A DNA stretch of 46,277 nt, taken from positions 1 through 46,277 of the IMG/VR virus record IMGVR_UViG_3300017914_002319; one strand, given 5' to 3'. The notes below the pieces were generated by a model that saw nothing but the letters and a program-made list of their open reading frames with translations, did no database searches and was not told where the DNA came from. How positions within the stretch are numbered: position 1 is the stretch's first letter; each line of letters starts with the position of its first letter. This DNA comes from a virus (taxonomy: Duplodnaviria; Caudoviricetes). Positions 1-8,369 of the stretch are shown in pieces. A program made the position numbers and the translations under genes.

Positions 1-1
1 C

Positions 2-1762
2 CATTGTTTCATCGAACATAGACTCTAGTTCAAGTTCTTCTGGAGTCTTTTTGTTCTTTGCGGCTTTGCTGTATTTGTCTTTAAGACGTCCTAATTCTTC
101 TTGGCTTGCGCCTTCACGACCTGCTTGCGCGGCTTTCTTCATATATTCTTTGCCGTGCTTTTTAACACCTGTGTAATACTGTAAGCCTGATTCGTTAACA
201 TTATCAAGCATTCTGCTTGCTTGGGCAACTTCCTCTTCCCCAAAGTCTGGTCCTGCAATTTTTTTAAATTCATCAAACATTGCTGTAGTAATGGGAGCAA
301 GTTTAGGTGCTTTTTCCATTGCACCTAAAGGATCTTCCATAACTTCTTCTTCACCAAATTTTTTGATTAGTGCTTGGACTTCGCTTCTTTCCATAGCATC
401 TGTAGGAATGCCGCTATCTAAGAAATACTTAAAGAAACCATCAACTAGTCCGTAAGAGTCCCAAGATTGTTCATCTTCATATTTGTTGTACCAAGACATA
501 ATTGCATCTGCGTCCATTTGTGCTTCGTTTGTTGGTCGTTCAATACGTCCTTTACCTGCACAGTCTGGGCAAGCCTCTTGGCTTGCCGTTTGTGTTCCTG
601 TGCCAGCGCAAGCAGGACATGTTTTTTCTTCTTCTTTGATGTCTTTTCCTGCTAGATCTTTACCGTATTTTTTGTTGATCTTTTTAGCAACTTTATCACC
701 TTTGAATGGATTCTTAGCAATACCTTTAACAAGATCTTTCATGTGTTTCAAGTCTTCGGTATTAGATGAGTTTTCGCCTAGTAAATCTTCCGGACCTAGT
801 TCCACCGCTTTAGATGCTTCACTTACTAACTTGTAGATATAAGGGAATACATCTTTTAGTTCTTCGTTAAACTGGCGGATAGTAAGTTGGTCAATCCAGT
901 TTTCAGCAACATCACTTGGAACATCTTCTAGTACTGGGGGATTAAATGCTTCAAATGTTTCTTTGTAATATGCTGGCTTTTGTAAATTCTCAATAGTCTT
1001 TTTAACTGTTGTAATACGCTCTTTAACAATATCTACATATCCTGCTAGGCTTTCTGCCATTACTGCTGAACGTCCCATATATGTTTTGAATTTGCGAAGT
1101 TTTGCCATTTCTTCTGAAAGACCTACAATATGCTTGCCAAAGTCATCGTATGCGTTTCCGCCTTCTGCTACATGGCGTGCCATTGCTCTTGCACCGCTGA
1201 GATGCTTGTATGGATATTTGAAACGCTCACCTTCTGGTGATTCAATATAGATCTTACCAATCTTTTGTGTACGTCCTGTTGCACTTTCTTGATTTACACT
1301 TTCTGTGTGCTTGATCATAATACGTGCTTCGCCTACGTTTTGATAACTAACGCGGCTTGTTCCATATAGTTTTGATTCTGTCATTTTATCGTCCCCAGAG
1401 CGATTTGTTGCTAAAAATTTATAATCTCTTTTATCTAAGTTTGATTTAGTAATATCACGAACACTGAAATCTAGCATACGCTTTTTTCCAAAAACACGCA
1501 GTTCTTTCAAAAAGTCGTGCCATCCTTTTTTGATTACATCTGAAGTGCCTTCTGCAAAGTCTTTAGAAAAGATAACAGTAAGTCCTTCATCTTCATCTAG
1601 GTTTACACTAACTTTACCTAAGCCTTTATAATCAAAGTCAAAGTATCTTGCTGCAATAGGTTCGTTAGTTACGTTACCTTCAGCATCACCAATAGTTACA
1701 CTTGGAAATCTTCCGCGTAACTTATTAAATAACTCTTCGCCTATTTTACTAAATTCTCTCAT
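2..1762 (-). CDS. Partial (runs off left edge) phage late protein, probably head/prohead-core associated; contains a CxxCxGxG double motif
   Basis: Absent from the ORF track. Manual translation from ATG at 1762 gives MREFSKIGEELFNKLRGRFPSVTIGDAEG; the same frame gives CPACAGTG...CPDCAGKG at 548-619 and ESGLQYYTGVKKHGKEYMKKAAQAGREG near the edge. Preceded by TAAATA-CAGT-ATG. Function is inferred from context. Confidence 0.75.
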   Translation of the reverse strand, partial: MREFSKIGEELFNKLRGRFPSVTIGDAEGNVTNEPIAARYFDFDYKGLGKVSVNLDEDEGLTVIFSKDFAEGTSDVIKKGWHDFLKELRVFGKKRMLDFSVRDITKSNLDKRDYKFLATNRSGDDKMTESKLYGTSRVSYQNVGEARIMIKHTESVNQESATGRTQKIGKIYIESPEGERFKYPYKHLSGARAMARHVAEGGNAYDDFGKHIVGLSEEMAKLRKFKTYMGRSAVMAESLAGYVDIVKERITTVKKTIENLQKPAYYKETFEAFNPPVLEDVPSDVAENWIDQLTIRQFNEELKDVFPYIYKLVSEASKAVELGPEDLLGENSSNTEDLKHMKDLVKGIAKNPFKGDKVAKKINKKYGKDLAGKDIKEEEKTCPACAGTGTQTASQEACPDCAGKGRIERPTNEAQMDADAIMSWYNKYEDEQSWDSYGLVDGFFKYFLDSGIPTDAMERSEVQALIKKFGEEEVMEDPLGAMEKAPKLAPITTAMFDEFKKIAGPDFGEEEVAQASRMLDNVNESGLQYYTGVKKHGKEYMKKAAQAGREGASQEELGRLKDKYSKAAKNKKTPEELELESMFDETM

Positions 1763-1772
1763 ACTGTATTTA

Positions 1773-3353
1773 TCAATAGTTGCTGCTAACGAAGATGGGC
1801 ATAGGCATCTCGTAATCGTCAAGATCTTCAGCTTGATTAAATGAGTTATATACTCTAGGATCCCAATCCTTAAGAACATCCATCATTCTTATTGCTAATA
1901 ATGTTGCACTTACTAAATCATCTGTCATGCCAGGTTTCGCTTGATAACTGCTTGCTGTTGCAATAAATCCTTTGAGTTCTGTTAACAAAGGTTTAGAACG
2001 TATTAGCATTTTATCATTTTCAACCATTGTCTTTAGACGGCTACATGCTGTAATCTTAGTGCTATGTGTAGTGTTAAATCCTTTGCGGAACTTGCGCACA
2101 TGTCCTCTTCGAATAGGTTCAGAGACAAAAAGTCCCGGTATATTCTCTTCCCCGAAATCGTTTATAACGATTAGTGCTGCTTCTCCGATGCCATTATTTT
2201 CTACACTCCAATATACTCCATTGGGATTGTTAGTTTCATTTGCAATATATGTACAAATGTCTGCAAGCACACGTATTTGACCAGGTATAGCAGTTTGATT
2301 GTGTTGCCATTCTGCTACCTGTTCGTATGTAGGTAGTTCGATAACTTGTATTGCTGCATAATCGCCGCCTGTACCCATGCTAGGATCAAGTGCAATAGCG
2401 TAGGTATATTCTGATGTTGGCTTTTTATACCAGCGTGTTTGTCCCATATTTAGAATAGGAGACACACCTTCCATTGCTGCAAGTTTGATACTATTAATAA
2501 GTGTTTCGTCAAATACTAAGAACTCACAACCATATTCACGTCTAAACTTTTCTTCACCAATACGACCAATTTCTGCTGTTTTCCACTCTTCGTCTCTATC
2601 TGGATGTTCGTTCCAGTGTGCCATAAATGATCGAAAACCGTTTATACCTAGTTCACTTTCGTTGCCGTGATCGTCAAAACGTTGTTCTGCTTGTTTCCAA
2701 ATAGTAGCAAATGTATCCTCATCTGAGTTAGGTGTACTAGTAATAATAGCACGACCACCTGTTGCCAATGTAGGTGATATTGAAGTCCAAAACTCTTCGG
2801 CAATGTTAGGTTGCACAAATGCAAACTCGTCACAGTATAGTAGCGAAATAGACATACCACGTCCTGTGTTGCCTGTTGTTGTTTGACTTACAATCCTACT
2901 ACCATTCTCAAACTCTATGCTACCTTTGTTATATGAAGTAACACCCGCTCTAATGTGATCAGGACAAGTTTCATATACATAACGGATACGTGCCATAATC
3001 TCTTGCGCACCTGTATATTTGTGTGCAGCAATAAGAATAGTTTGATCTGGATTAAACATTGCATACCATGCAAGATAGATAGCAGCACAGGTTGTTTTGC
3101 CAGTTTGACGTGGCATCATGTTAATGTTAAACCGATAGTTGTGGTATGTATCCATTAACCCTAACTGATATTTGTAAGGTTCGAATAGTAGTTTACCTTT
3201 TACTGGATGTTGGATATATGCAAACTTGCTTGCAAAGTACAGATAGCCTTTGTCAGGATCCATACACTGCATTAGATCCTGAATTTGTTCTTCTGTATAT
3301 GTTTCTTTAGTATTGGCTTTTTTAGTAAGTACGCCGTCTAAACTTTTACTCAT
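1773..3353 (-). CDS. terL: Terminase large subunit (T4 gp17-like), 526 aa
   Basis: Walker A MPRQTGKT, Walker B LLYCDEFAF, motif III IITSTPN, nuclease acidic motifs ALDPSMG and DDLV. Start moved to ATG 3353 (MSKSLDG) because it follows TAAATA-CTGT and the longer ORF would run through a terminator. Confidence 0.96.
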   Translation of the reverse strand: MSKSLDGVLTKKANTKETYTEEQIQDLMQCMDPDKGYLYFASKFAYIQHPVKGKLLFEPYKYQLGLMDTYHNYRFNINMMPRQTGKTTCAAIYLAWYAMFNPDQTILIAAHKYTGAQEIMARIRYVYETCPDHIRAGVTSYNKGSIEFENGSRIVSQTTTGNTGRGMSISLLYCDEFAFVQPNIAEEFWTSISPTLATGGRAIITSTPNSDEDTFATIWKQAEQRFDDHGNESELGINGFRSFMAHWNEHPDRDEEWKTAEIGRIGEEKFRREYGCEFLVFDETLINSIKLAAMEGVSPILNMGQTRWYKKPTSEYTYAIALDPSMGTGGDYAAIQVIELPTYEQVAEWQHNQTAIPGQIRVLADICTYIANETNNPNGVYWSVENNGIGEAALIVINDFGEENIPGLFVSEPIRRGHVRKFRKGFNTTHSTKITACSRLKTMVENDKMLIRSKPLLTELKGFIATASSYQAKPGMTDDLVSATLLAIRMMDVLKDWDPRVYNSFNQAEDLDDYEMPMPIFVSSNY

Positions 3354-3366
3354 ACAGTATTTACTC

Positions 3367-3394
3367 AAAAAAATAGAGCCCGTAGGCTCTATTT
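3367..3394 (-). terminator. Rho-independent terminator
   Basis: Minus strand reads AAATAGAGCC-TACG-GGCTCTATTT followed by TTTT: perfect 10-bp stem, C(UACG)G tetraloop and U-tract. Confidence 0.85.
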
Positions 3395-3413
3395 GGTGTA
3401 ACCCCACCGTAGT

Positions 3414-3590
3414 TTACATTTTTACGCAGTTGTCTACAGTTTTGCCGCCTTTTTTCTTAGTGCCCATACGCTTGTATCCTTTCCAGCATACTTTGCCATC
3501 AACACCTTTTTGCTTTTCTTCTGGTAATGACTTCCAACTTGGATTACCACAATCTTCGCATACGCCTTCTACTGCTTCATTCTTTTTTTT
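3414..3590 (-). CDS. -1 frame C-terminal extension of the 273-aa head protein (55 aa after the A8 run)
   Basis: The -1 frame after TC-AAAAAAAA-G reads NEAVEGVCEDCGNPSWKSLPEEKQKGVDGKVCWKGYKRMGTKKKGGKTVDNCVKM-stop, ending 20 nt before the terminator. It has no convincing independent start covering the whole frame. Confidence 0.7.
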   Translation of the reverse strand, partial: KKKNEAVEGVCEDCGNPSWKSLPEEKQKGVDGKVCWKGYKRMGTKKKGGKTVDNCVKM

Positions 3591-4390
3591 GACTCTTTGT
3601 CTTTGATAGCTTTCTTCATTGGCTCTTTTTTGTCGCCATCTTTGTCCATATCTAAGTAGTCTGGCTTAGCTTTCTTTTCTGCAAGTGCTTTTAGAAGCTG
3701 TGCTTTGATTGACTCAACTGCCATAGCATTGTCGCCATCTTGTGCTGCTTTGTATGCTTTCTTTTTCTTGTGTAAATCATCGCCCATCATGTTTGTCATA
3801 TAGTCTTGATCACGATAGTCTTCATCGCCTTCTACACCTTCTGGTGAGTTGGCCCATTCTTGCATGCCATAGTCTGCTTCGATCTGATCTAACATTTTTT
3901 CTTCAATGTCATCATGATCGTCATCTGGATGTAGTCCATTTTCACGTGCTACATCATCGTACATATCTTGTAGATAATTTTGTACGTCTGGGCCCATTGC
4001 ACCTCTTAGTGCTTTGTGTAGTAGCTCTCCGTCAGCTGCAATCTTTTCCATTGCTTGGATAAGCTGATCTTTCATTCCGCCTTCATCTACTTCTACATCT
4101 TCTTTTGGCTCATCTACAATATCACGTAGTCTTTCCATATCCATGCGCATTGGCATCATATCTGGACCTACTTCTTTTGCATCATTCATGCCTGCATTTT
4201 TCATCATGTTGATAAGATCTTCAACATGCTCTTTGCCGCTTGCATTTAAGCTCACGTTCATTGTTACTGGATTACCTTTGTCCATTGGCGCTGGAAGTGA
4301 ACCCATTGGTGGCATGCCTCCTTCGCCCATTTCTGGCGGACACTCGTTGATTGCATCCAATGATTCCATTAGTTTTTTAATATCTGACAT
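3569..4390 (-). CDS. Acidic putative prohead core/internal head protein
   Basis: 273 aa, D/E/M-rich. N-terminus MSDIKKLMESLDAINE with hydrophobic-x-E sites of the type cut by T4 gp21-like proteases. EF-hand-like PDYLDMDKDGDKKEPM near the C-terminus. GGAG Shine-Dalgarno upstream. Confidence 0.55.
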   Translation of the reverse strand: MSDIKKLMESLDAINECPPEMGEGGMPPMGSLPAPMDKGNPVTMNVSLNASGKEHVEDLINMMKNAGMNDAKEVGPDMMPMRMDMERLRDIVDEPKEDVEVDEGGMKDQLIQAMEKIAADGELLHKALRGAMGPDVQNYLQDMYDDVARENGLHPDDDHDDIEEKMLDQIEADYGMQEWANSPEGVEGDEDYRDQDYMTNMMGDDLHKKKKAYKAAQDGDNAMAVESIKAQLLKALAEKKAKPDYLDMDKDGDKKEPMKKAIKDKESKKRMKQ

Positions 4391-4392
4391 TT

Positions 4393-4956
4393 TTAACTCC
4401 CTAGCACCGCTTTGGTGTTTTCTGTATCGTCCTGCATTTTTACTGTTTCGCCGTCAGGTGCTGCATCCGCTCCATCTGGAACTGCACCTTCTTTACGTGC
4501 TTTTTCAAGTTCTGCTAATAGACCCATAACACGCTCACCTGCTACATGCTCTTGGCCACTTTCGCCGCCCATGTCTTCTTGAGTAAGCATTGGTTCATAT
4601 ACTTCGTCTGTTTTTGCTTCTTGATATTCTTCTTGTGGTTCGTTAGGATTACGAACAATAATATGACTCTGTGGAATGCCACAGCACTGTCCCAAATACT
4701 CTTGCAGTATTTGTGTAGTTGTTGGATATTCTGTTTCAACTTCGTAGTATGTAACTTCCATATTTTGTAATTGAGGGAAATCTAACGGACGTTCTTGAAT
4801 AGGTGTTTTCTTGCCTGTAGAACTGTTAAGTAATTTAAACTTTTGCAGTGCAGTTTCCATGTGATCCTGGAAGCCTTCTGGCAGTTCTCCAGCGACACCG
4901 ATCTTAAACTCGTAAGTTTTTTTAGATTCTGTTAGTATTTGCGCAAATGATTTCAT
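4393..4956 (-). CDS. Phage late protein, possible prohead core component
   Basis: 187-aa ORF; N-terminus MKSFAQILTES resembles T4-like core-protein leaders; upstream TAAATA at 4980-4985. Confidence 0.5.
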   Translation of the reverse strand: MKSFAQILTESKKTYEFKIGVAGELPEGFQDHMETALQKFKLLNSSTGKKTPIQERPLDFPQLQNMEVTYYEVETEYPTTTQILQEYLGQCCGIPQSHIIVRNPNEPQEEYQEAKTDEVYEPMLTQEDMGGESGQEHVAGERVMGLLAELEKARKEGAVPDGADAAPDGETVKMQDDTENTKAVLGS

Positions 4957-4978
4957 TTGTTATTCCCTGTCATATATA

Positions 4979-5479
4979 TTATTTATCTTTATCTAGCCCT
5001 TTTAGACGCTCTAACAGACTGTTCCTATCTGTAACTACATAGCCTTCGCCATTGATGATATCGCCATCGCCTTTAGGTGTGTCTTTGTCTTGCTTTTCTT
5101 TCTTGAGTTGTAGTTCTACCATTTTGAGTTTTTTGTCTAGTTTTGCTACTTTAGCATCTAAACTAGTTTTCAACATGCCGCCTGCTACTTCAAAAACTCT
5201 ACCACTATAACGGCTCTCAACATTCATGCCTAGATCCATTAAATCCTCATAAGCACTCATTGCTTTATCTGCAACTTCATTAAGTTCTTTATCTGCCATT
5301 TCTCCAAGACCTTTGACTTGTGGCAGTGCAGCAGTAATTTTATCAAACTCTTCCATGTCTCTGAAAGTTTCTGCTTGCTCGATTTCATATTGCTTTTGTT
5401 CTTGTTCTTGTTCTTCCGCCTGCTCTATTATTTCTTTAGAATCAGGTAAATTTAGCAAGTCTTCTAGTTTTTTTGTCAT
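4979..5479 (-). CDS. Probable terminase small subunit (gp16-like)
   Basis: 166 aa, helical. SGRVFEVAGGMLK resembles the PRAYEVAGQLIK segment recalled for T4-like gp16, followed by a coiled coil and a C-terminal VVTDRNSLLERLK; lies near terL. Confidence 0.55.
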   Translation of the reverse strand: MTKKLEDLLNLPDSKEIIEQAEEQEQEQKQYEIEQAETFRDMEEFDKITAALPQVKGLGEMADKELNEVADKAMSAYEDLMDLGMNVESRYSGRVFEVAGGMLKTSLDAKVAKLDKKLKMVELQLKKEKQDKDTPKGDGDIINGEGYVVTDRNSLLERLKGLDKDK

Positions 5480-5507
5480 TGTTTATTCCATTAAGTGCTA
5501 CTATTAT

Positions 5508-5945
5508 TTATCGTTTACGTCCATTATGAAATATGTCGTCCTCTGTTACTATACGGAATATAATACCTTTTTGTTTACACCATGCTCTTGCACTTTCCCA
5601 TTTAGCTTGGTTTACTACCCAATGGGCTTGATTTGCTTTTGAACGACCAGTTTTTTCTTTTAGTGTCTGATTTTTTGGCTTGACTTCGATAAGCTCTACA
5701 CGTTGTTTTCCTGACTTATCGTTATATACAATAAAGAAATCAGGCACATACACAGTATGTTTTCCGGTAAATGGATGTCTATAAGGGATTCTAACTGCTT
5801 CACTTGCCCATTGCGCAATAGCAGGATGTTCATCACAGAATTTCATAAAATGAAATTCCCAGCCGCTTCTATAAGTAGGAGTCTTGTTACCTACATATTT
5901 GTCAGGATTTTTGAGAGTAAATTTTCCTGCTGCAAAACGACCCAT
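5508..5945 (-). CDS. Head completion nuclease (T4 gp4-like, TnsA-N PD-(D/E)XK fold)
   Basis: YRSGWE, WASE..RIPY, YVPDF, IEVKP, NQAKWESA, FRIVTE: the full gp4 motif series. Confidence 0.9.
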   Translation of the reverse strand: MGRFAAGKFTLKNPDKYVGNKTPTYRSGWEFHFMKFCDEHPAIAQWASEAVRIPYRHPFTGKHTVYVPDFFIVYNDKSGKQRVELIEVKPKNQTLKEKTGRSKANQAHWVVNQAKWESARAWCKQKGIIFRIVTEDDIFHNGRKR

Positions 5946-5946
5946 A

Positions 5947-6315
5947 TCAAACTATTATGTTCCTTTGATCAAACAATTGGTTTTCACTCTGTTGTTTGTA
6001 TCCTATTGAACTTGTCTTTCTGCGATTATTGTTTATAATTTGTGCTACAATATTACTAAGTTGTACCTCGGTGATACCTTTCAAGGTATCTAATAATTTA
6101 AATACAGGCACACTATCACGTTTTGCTTGCTCTAATAGAACTGCACCGGTGTTGATTGCTGCTACTTTTTCAAAACCTCTTTTGAGAAAATATCCTACTA
6201 CCGCATCAACTTCATTTTGCGTGTACGATATTGTGTTTCCGTTGTTATAAAAGTTATTGAAATATAGCAGAGTATCTTCTTCTGCAATGCTTCTATCTAA
6301 ACCGCTATTTGCCAT
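5947..6315 (-). CDS. Hypothetical phage protein (tail/baseplate region)
   Basis: 122-aa ORF coupled to its neighbours (1-nt overlap upstream, 1-nt gap downstream). Confidence 0.6.
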   Translation of the reverse strand: MANSGLDRSIAEEDTLLYFNNFYNNGNTISYTQNEVDAVVGYFLKRGFEKVAAINTGAVLLEQAKRDSVPVFKLLDTLKGITEVQLSNIVAQIINNNRRKTSSIGYKQQSENQLFDQRNIIV

Positions 6316-7565
6316 TATGCATATTTTCCTATTGATTCACTTGCTGCTCCTGCAAGTTTTTGATCTCCCGCAGCAGCCTGTCCAGCTAAATCATCTATAA
6401 TTTGATTTCTTTCAGCAGCTGAATAATTTTTCTTAAAGTCGGCATAACTTGATACACCATCAACTGCACCTGAGTTAATTGCTTTTGCTGCAAAACTTTC
6501 TCTTGCACGTAATCTGTCCTGTCCTGATAACGGTCCTCTGCCAAATGGTCTTTGTAAAGATGCTGAAATTTGTGAGCCATCATACGACTTATTTGTTGCA
6601 GGTTCGTTATTTGTTACTGGTGCACTTACATTTTGTGTATCAGTTTTTGGTACAGTGATCGGATTTCCTTGTGTATTAAATTGAGGATTTTCAGTAAATG
6701 TTTGTGTCGTTCTTGTTTGATTTTGAATACTAGTATTACTAGCTTGTGGAAAACCTGTAGGTTCTACAGGTTCTAATAGTTTAGGTCCTGCACTTATTCC
6801 TTTTGAAGGTTCACTAAGTATACTTGGTGTTTGATCATAACCCGTTTCTGGATCTGCAAATGCTACAGGCTGACTGTCGTCGCCTATTTCACCATTTGAG
6901 TATATTACAGATTCATATGCAATACTAATTGTATTTTCATTAAACGAACTTGCATCACTTGCATCAACACTGCCGTGATTCCATTGTGTAACAAGAGGAT
7001 TTACAAGTGTATATGCAAAAAACTCTTGTCTCGATAATTGATACAATGTTATACTACTAAAGAATGGTCCAGTAGTGTTATTATTTAAACCGTATTTTGG
7101 AACTGTTTCACTATAAGCATCTCTGCTTGCGTATGGACCAGATACAAGTGCATTTTTCTGAACATTATGGTTACCATCTACAAAGTAGTATTTGTAATAT
7201 TCTTCCATTAATGCCCGTGTTACGCCTAAATTGTCGTCGTGGAATGTAATGTTAATATCGTTATAATCTATACGTGTTTGAAATTGTTTGATACGATTAT
7301 ATTGTTTCTTATTATCTACTTCTATTCTAAAGCTAGGTAAATCAGCAGTCTTTACTAGTACACCGATATGTTTTTGAAAGGCGAACGCATTTTTTGTTGC
7401 ACTATTACCAATTTCCGGACTAGGTTCAAAAAGGCAATGATAGAGGTATTTTGTTTTCGGAGCAAACGCCATACCATATTCGTAGTACAAATTTCTTGCA
7501 TGACGATAATCACGAAGATGTACCTGACTGTTTGCATTTGTGTATTGTGATTGAACTACTGCCAT
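6315..7565 (-). CDS. Tail-tube-fold protein (gp19 paralog; possible gp48/gp54-like tube initiator) with low-complexity C-terminal extension
   Basis: LVKTADLPSFRIEVDNKKQYNR...IDYNDINITFHDD and final ISIAYE strand parallel the adjacent tube protein (VSRPNLQFEQ...YNSR...WDPITINLRDD...LSIRYD). Confidence 0.65.
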   Translation of the reverse strand: MAVVQSQYTNANSQVHLRDYRHARNLYYEYGMAFAPKTKYLYHCLFEPSPEIGNSATKNAFAFQKHIGVLVKTADLPSFRIEVDNKKQYNRIKQFQTRIDYNDINITFHDDNLGVTRALMEEYYKYYFVDGNHNVQKNALVSGPYASRDAYSETVPKYGLNNNTTGPFFSSITLYQLSRQEFFAYTLVNPLVTQWNHGSVDASDASSFNENTISIAYESVIYSNGEIGDDSQPVAFADPETGYDQTPSILSEPSKGISAGPKLLEPVEPTGFPQASNTSIQNQTRTTQTFTENPQFNTQGNPITVPKTDTQNVSAPVTNNEPATNKSYDGSQISASLQRPFGRGPLSGQDRLRARESFAAKAINSGAVDGVSSYADFKKNYSAAERNQIIDDLAGQAAAGDQKLAGAASESIGKYA

Positions 7566-7581
7566 ACTAATATTTATCCAT

Positions 7582-7613
7582 AAAAAACGGGAGTCTCAAA
7601 AAGAAACTCCCGT
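7582..7613 (-). terminator. Rho-independent terminator after tail tube gene
   Basis: Minus strand ACGGGAGTTTC-TTTTT-GAGACTCCCGT followed by TTTTT (one G-U pair). Confidence 0.8.
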
Positions 7614-7638
7614 CCAATAATGGCAATCTCAAGTAGTA

Positions 7639-8298
7639 TTAAGCGCCTTGGCCTGATACTATCTCGCCGCCTGTGCTGCCTTGTGTATTTCTTGCTGTTG
7701 CTATACCAACACCTTCTGGTGATCCAGCGCCGCCTGCGCCGTACTGTACAGCATTATCATAGCGAATACTTAATGCAACAGTTACAGGCTCGTTTGTTGC
7801 ATAGTTAAGTGAATTATAGTTTGCATTTTCAATGTAGCAACCTACTAGTTCATATGCGTCTAGTACGTTTGCATTGTAGCCACCATTACCACCATCTAAG
7901 ATTTCAATCTTTGTTGTAAATTTATATGTTCCTGAACTTACTGCACTTGACTGTTCAAAGAAATCAAACTGTCTTTGCAGTTGTCCGCCTACAATCTTTT
8001 GTACGTTGTTGTTTGCATCATCACGTAGATTGATTGTGATAGGGTCCCATGTGTGCTTACCTGCAAGATATGTTCTTGAATTGTAAGCATCTATAGTCAT
8101 TTGTTCAAATTGTAAGTTTGGACGACTTACGTCGATTACGTTTTGTGTTAGGTCTCTTGTACCATTGACACTAACTCCGCCACCGAAACCAGTGAATAAC
8201 ACACGGAAGCGATATTGTAGCTTAGGCATCAATATTGCACTGTTTGTGTTAGCACCACCGGTTGGTACACTAATATTATCTAATGTTGTAATTGCCAT
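7639..8298 (-). CDS. Tail tube protein (gp19-like)
   Basis: 219 aa directly downstream of the sheath; PKLQYRFRV, YLAGKHTWDPITINLRDD, YELVGCY, LSIRYDNA; AGGAG SD and TAAATA promoter upstream. Confidence 0.9.
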   Translation of the reverse strand: MAITTLDNISVPTGGANTNSAILMPKLQYRFRVLFTGFGGGVSVNGTRDLTQNVIDVSRPNLQFEQMTIDAYNSRTYLAGKHTWDPITINLRDDANNNVQKIVGGQLQRQFDFFEQSSAVSSGTYKFTTKIEILDGGNGGYNANVLDAYELVGCYIENANYNSLNYATNEPVTVALSIRYDNAVQYGAGGAGSPEGVGIATARNTQGSTGGEIVSGQGA

Positions 8299-8333
8299 TA
8301 TAATCTCCTATTACAGTAGTATTTATGCATATT

Positions 8334-8357
8334 TGGACGGGGTATAAGCCCCGTCCA
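8334..8357. other. GC-rich stem-loop between sheath and tube genes
   Basis: TGGACGGGG-TATAAG-CCCCGTCCA: perfect 9-bp stem with no U-tract on the coding (minus) strand. Confidence 0.65.
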
Positions 8358-8369
8358 TTATATACGCAT

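Noticed and set aside
3354-3407. 18-aa N-terminal extension of terminase in the ORF track; similar extensions at 13194, 15766, 27251 and 33954
   Set aside because: They run through terminators, promoters or neighbouring genes; the downstream ATGs fit promoter/SD spacing and paralog N-termini.
3434-3571. Amber read-through or TAG recoding of the 273-aa ORF (frame 0 stays open for about 44 more codons)
   Set aside because: The frame-0 continuation has no recognisable motif whereas the -1 frame does; TAG acts as a normal stop elsewhere (gmhB, 30559) and long ORFs are uninterrupted in the standard code.
4953-4973. Mini-ORF MTGNNK starting 6 nt after TAAATA and ending in an ATGA overlap with the 187-aa gene
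   Set aside because: The downstream gene already has an AGGGA SD-like element; a 6-codon ORF is easily chance.
5508-5945. TnsA-like transposase or mobile element
   Set aside because: Motifs and context match the T4 gp4 head-completion nuclease; no transposon ends or partner genes.
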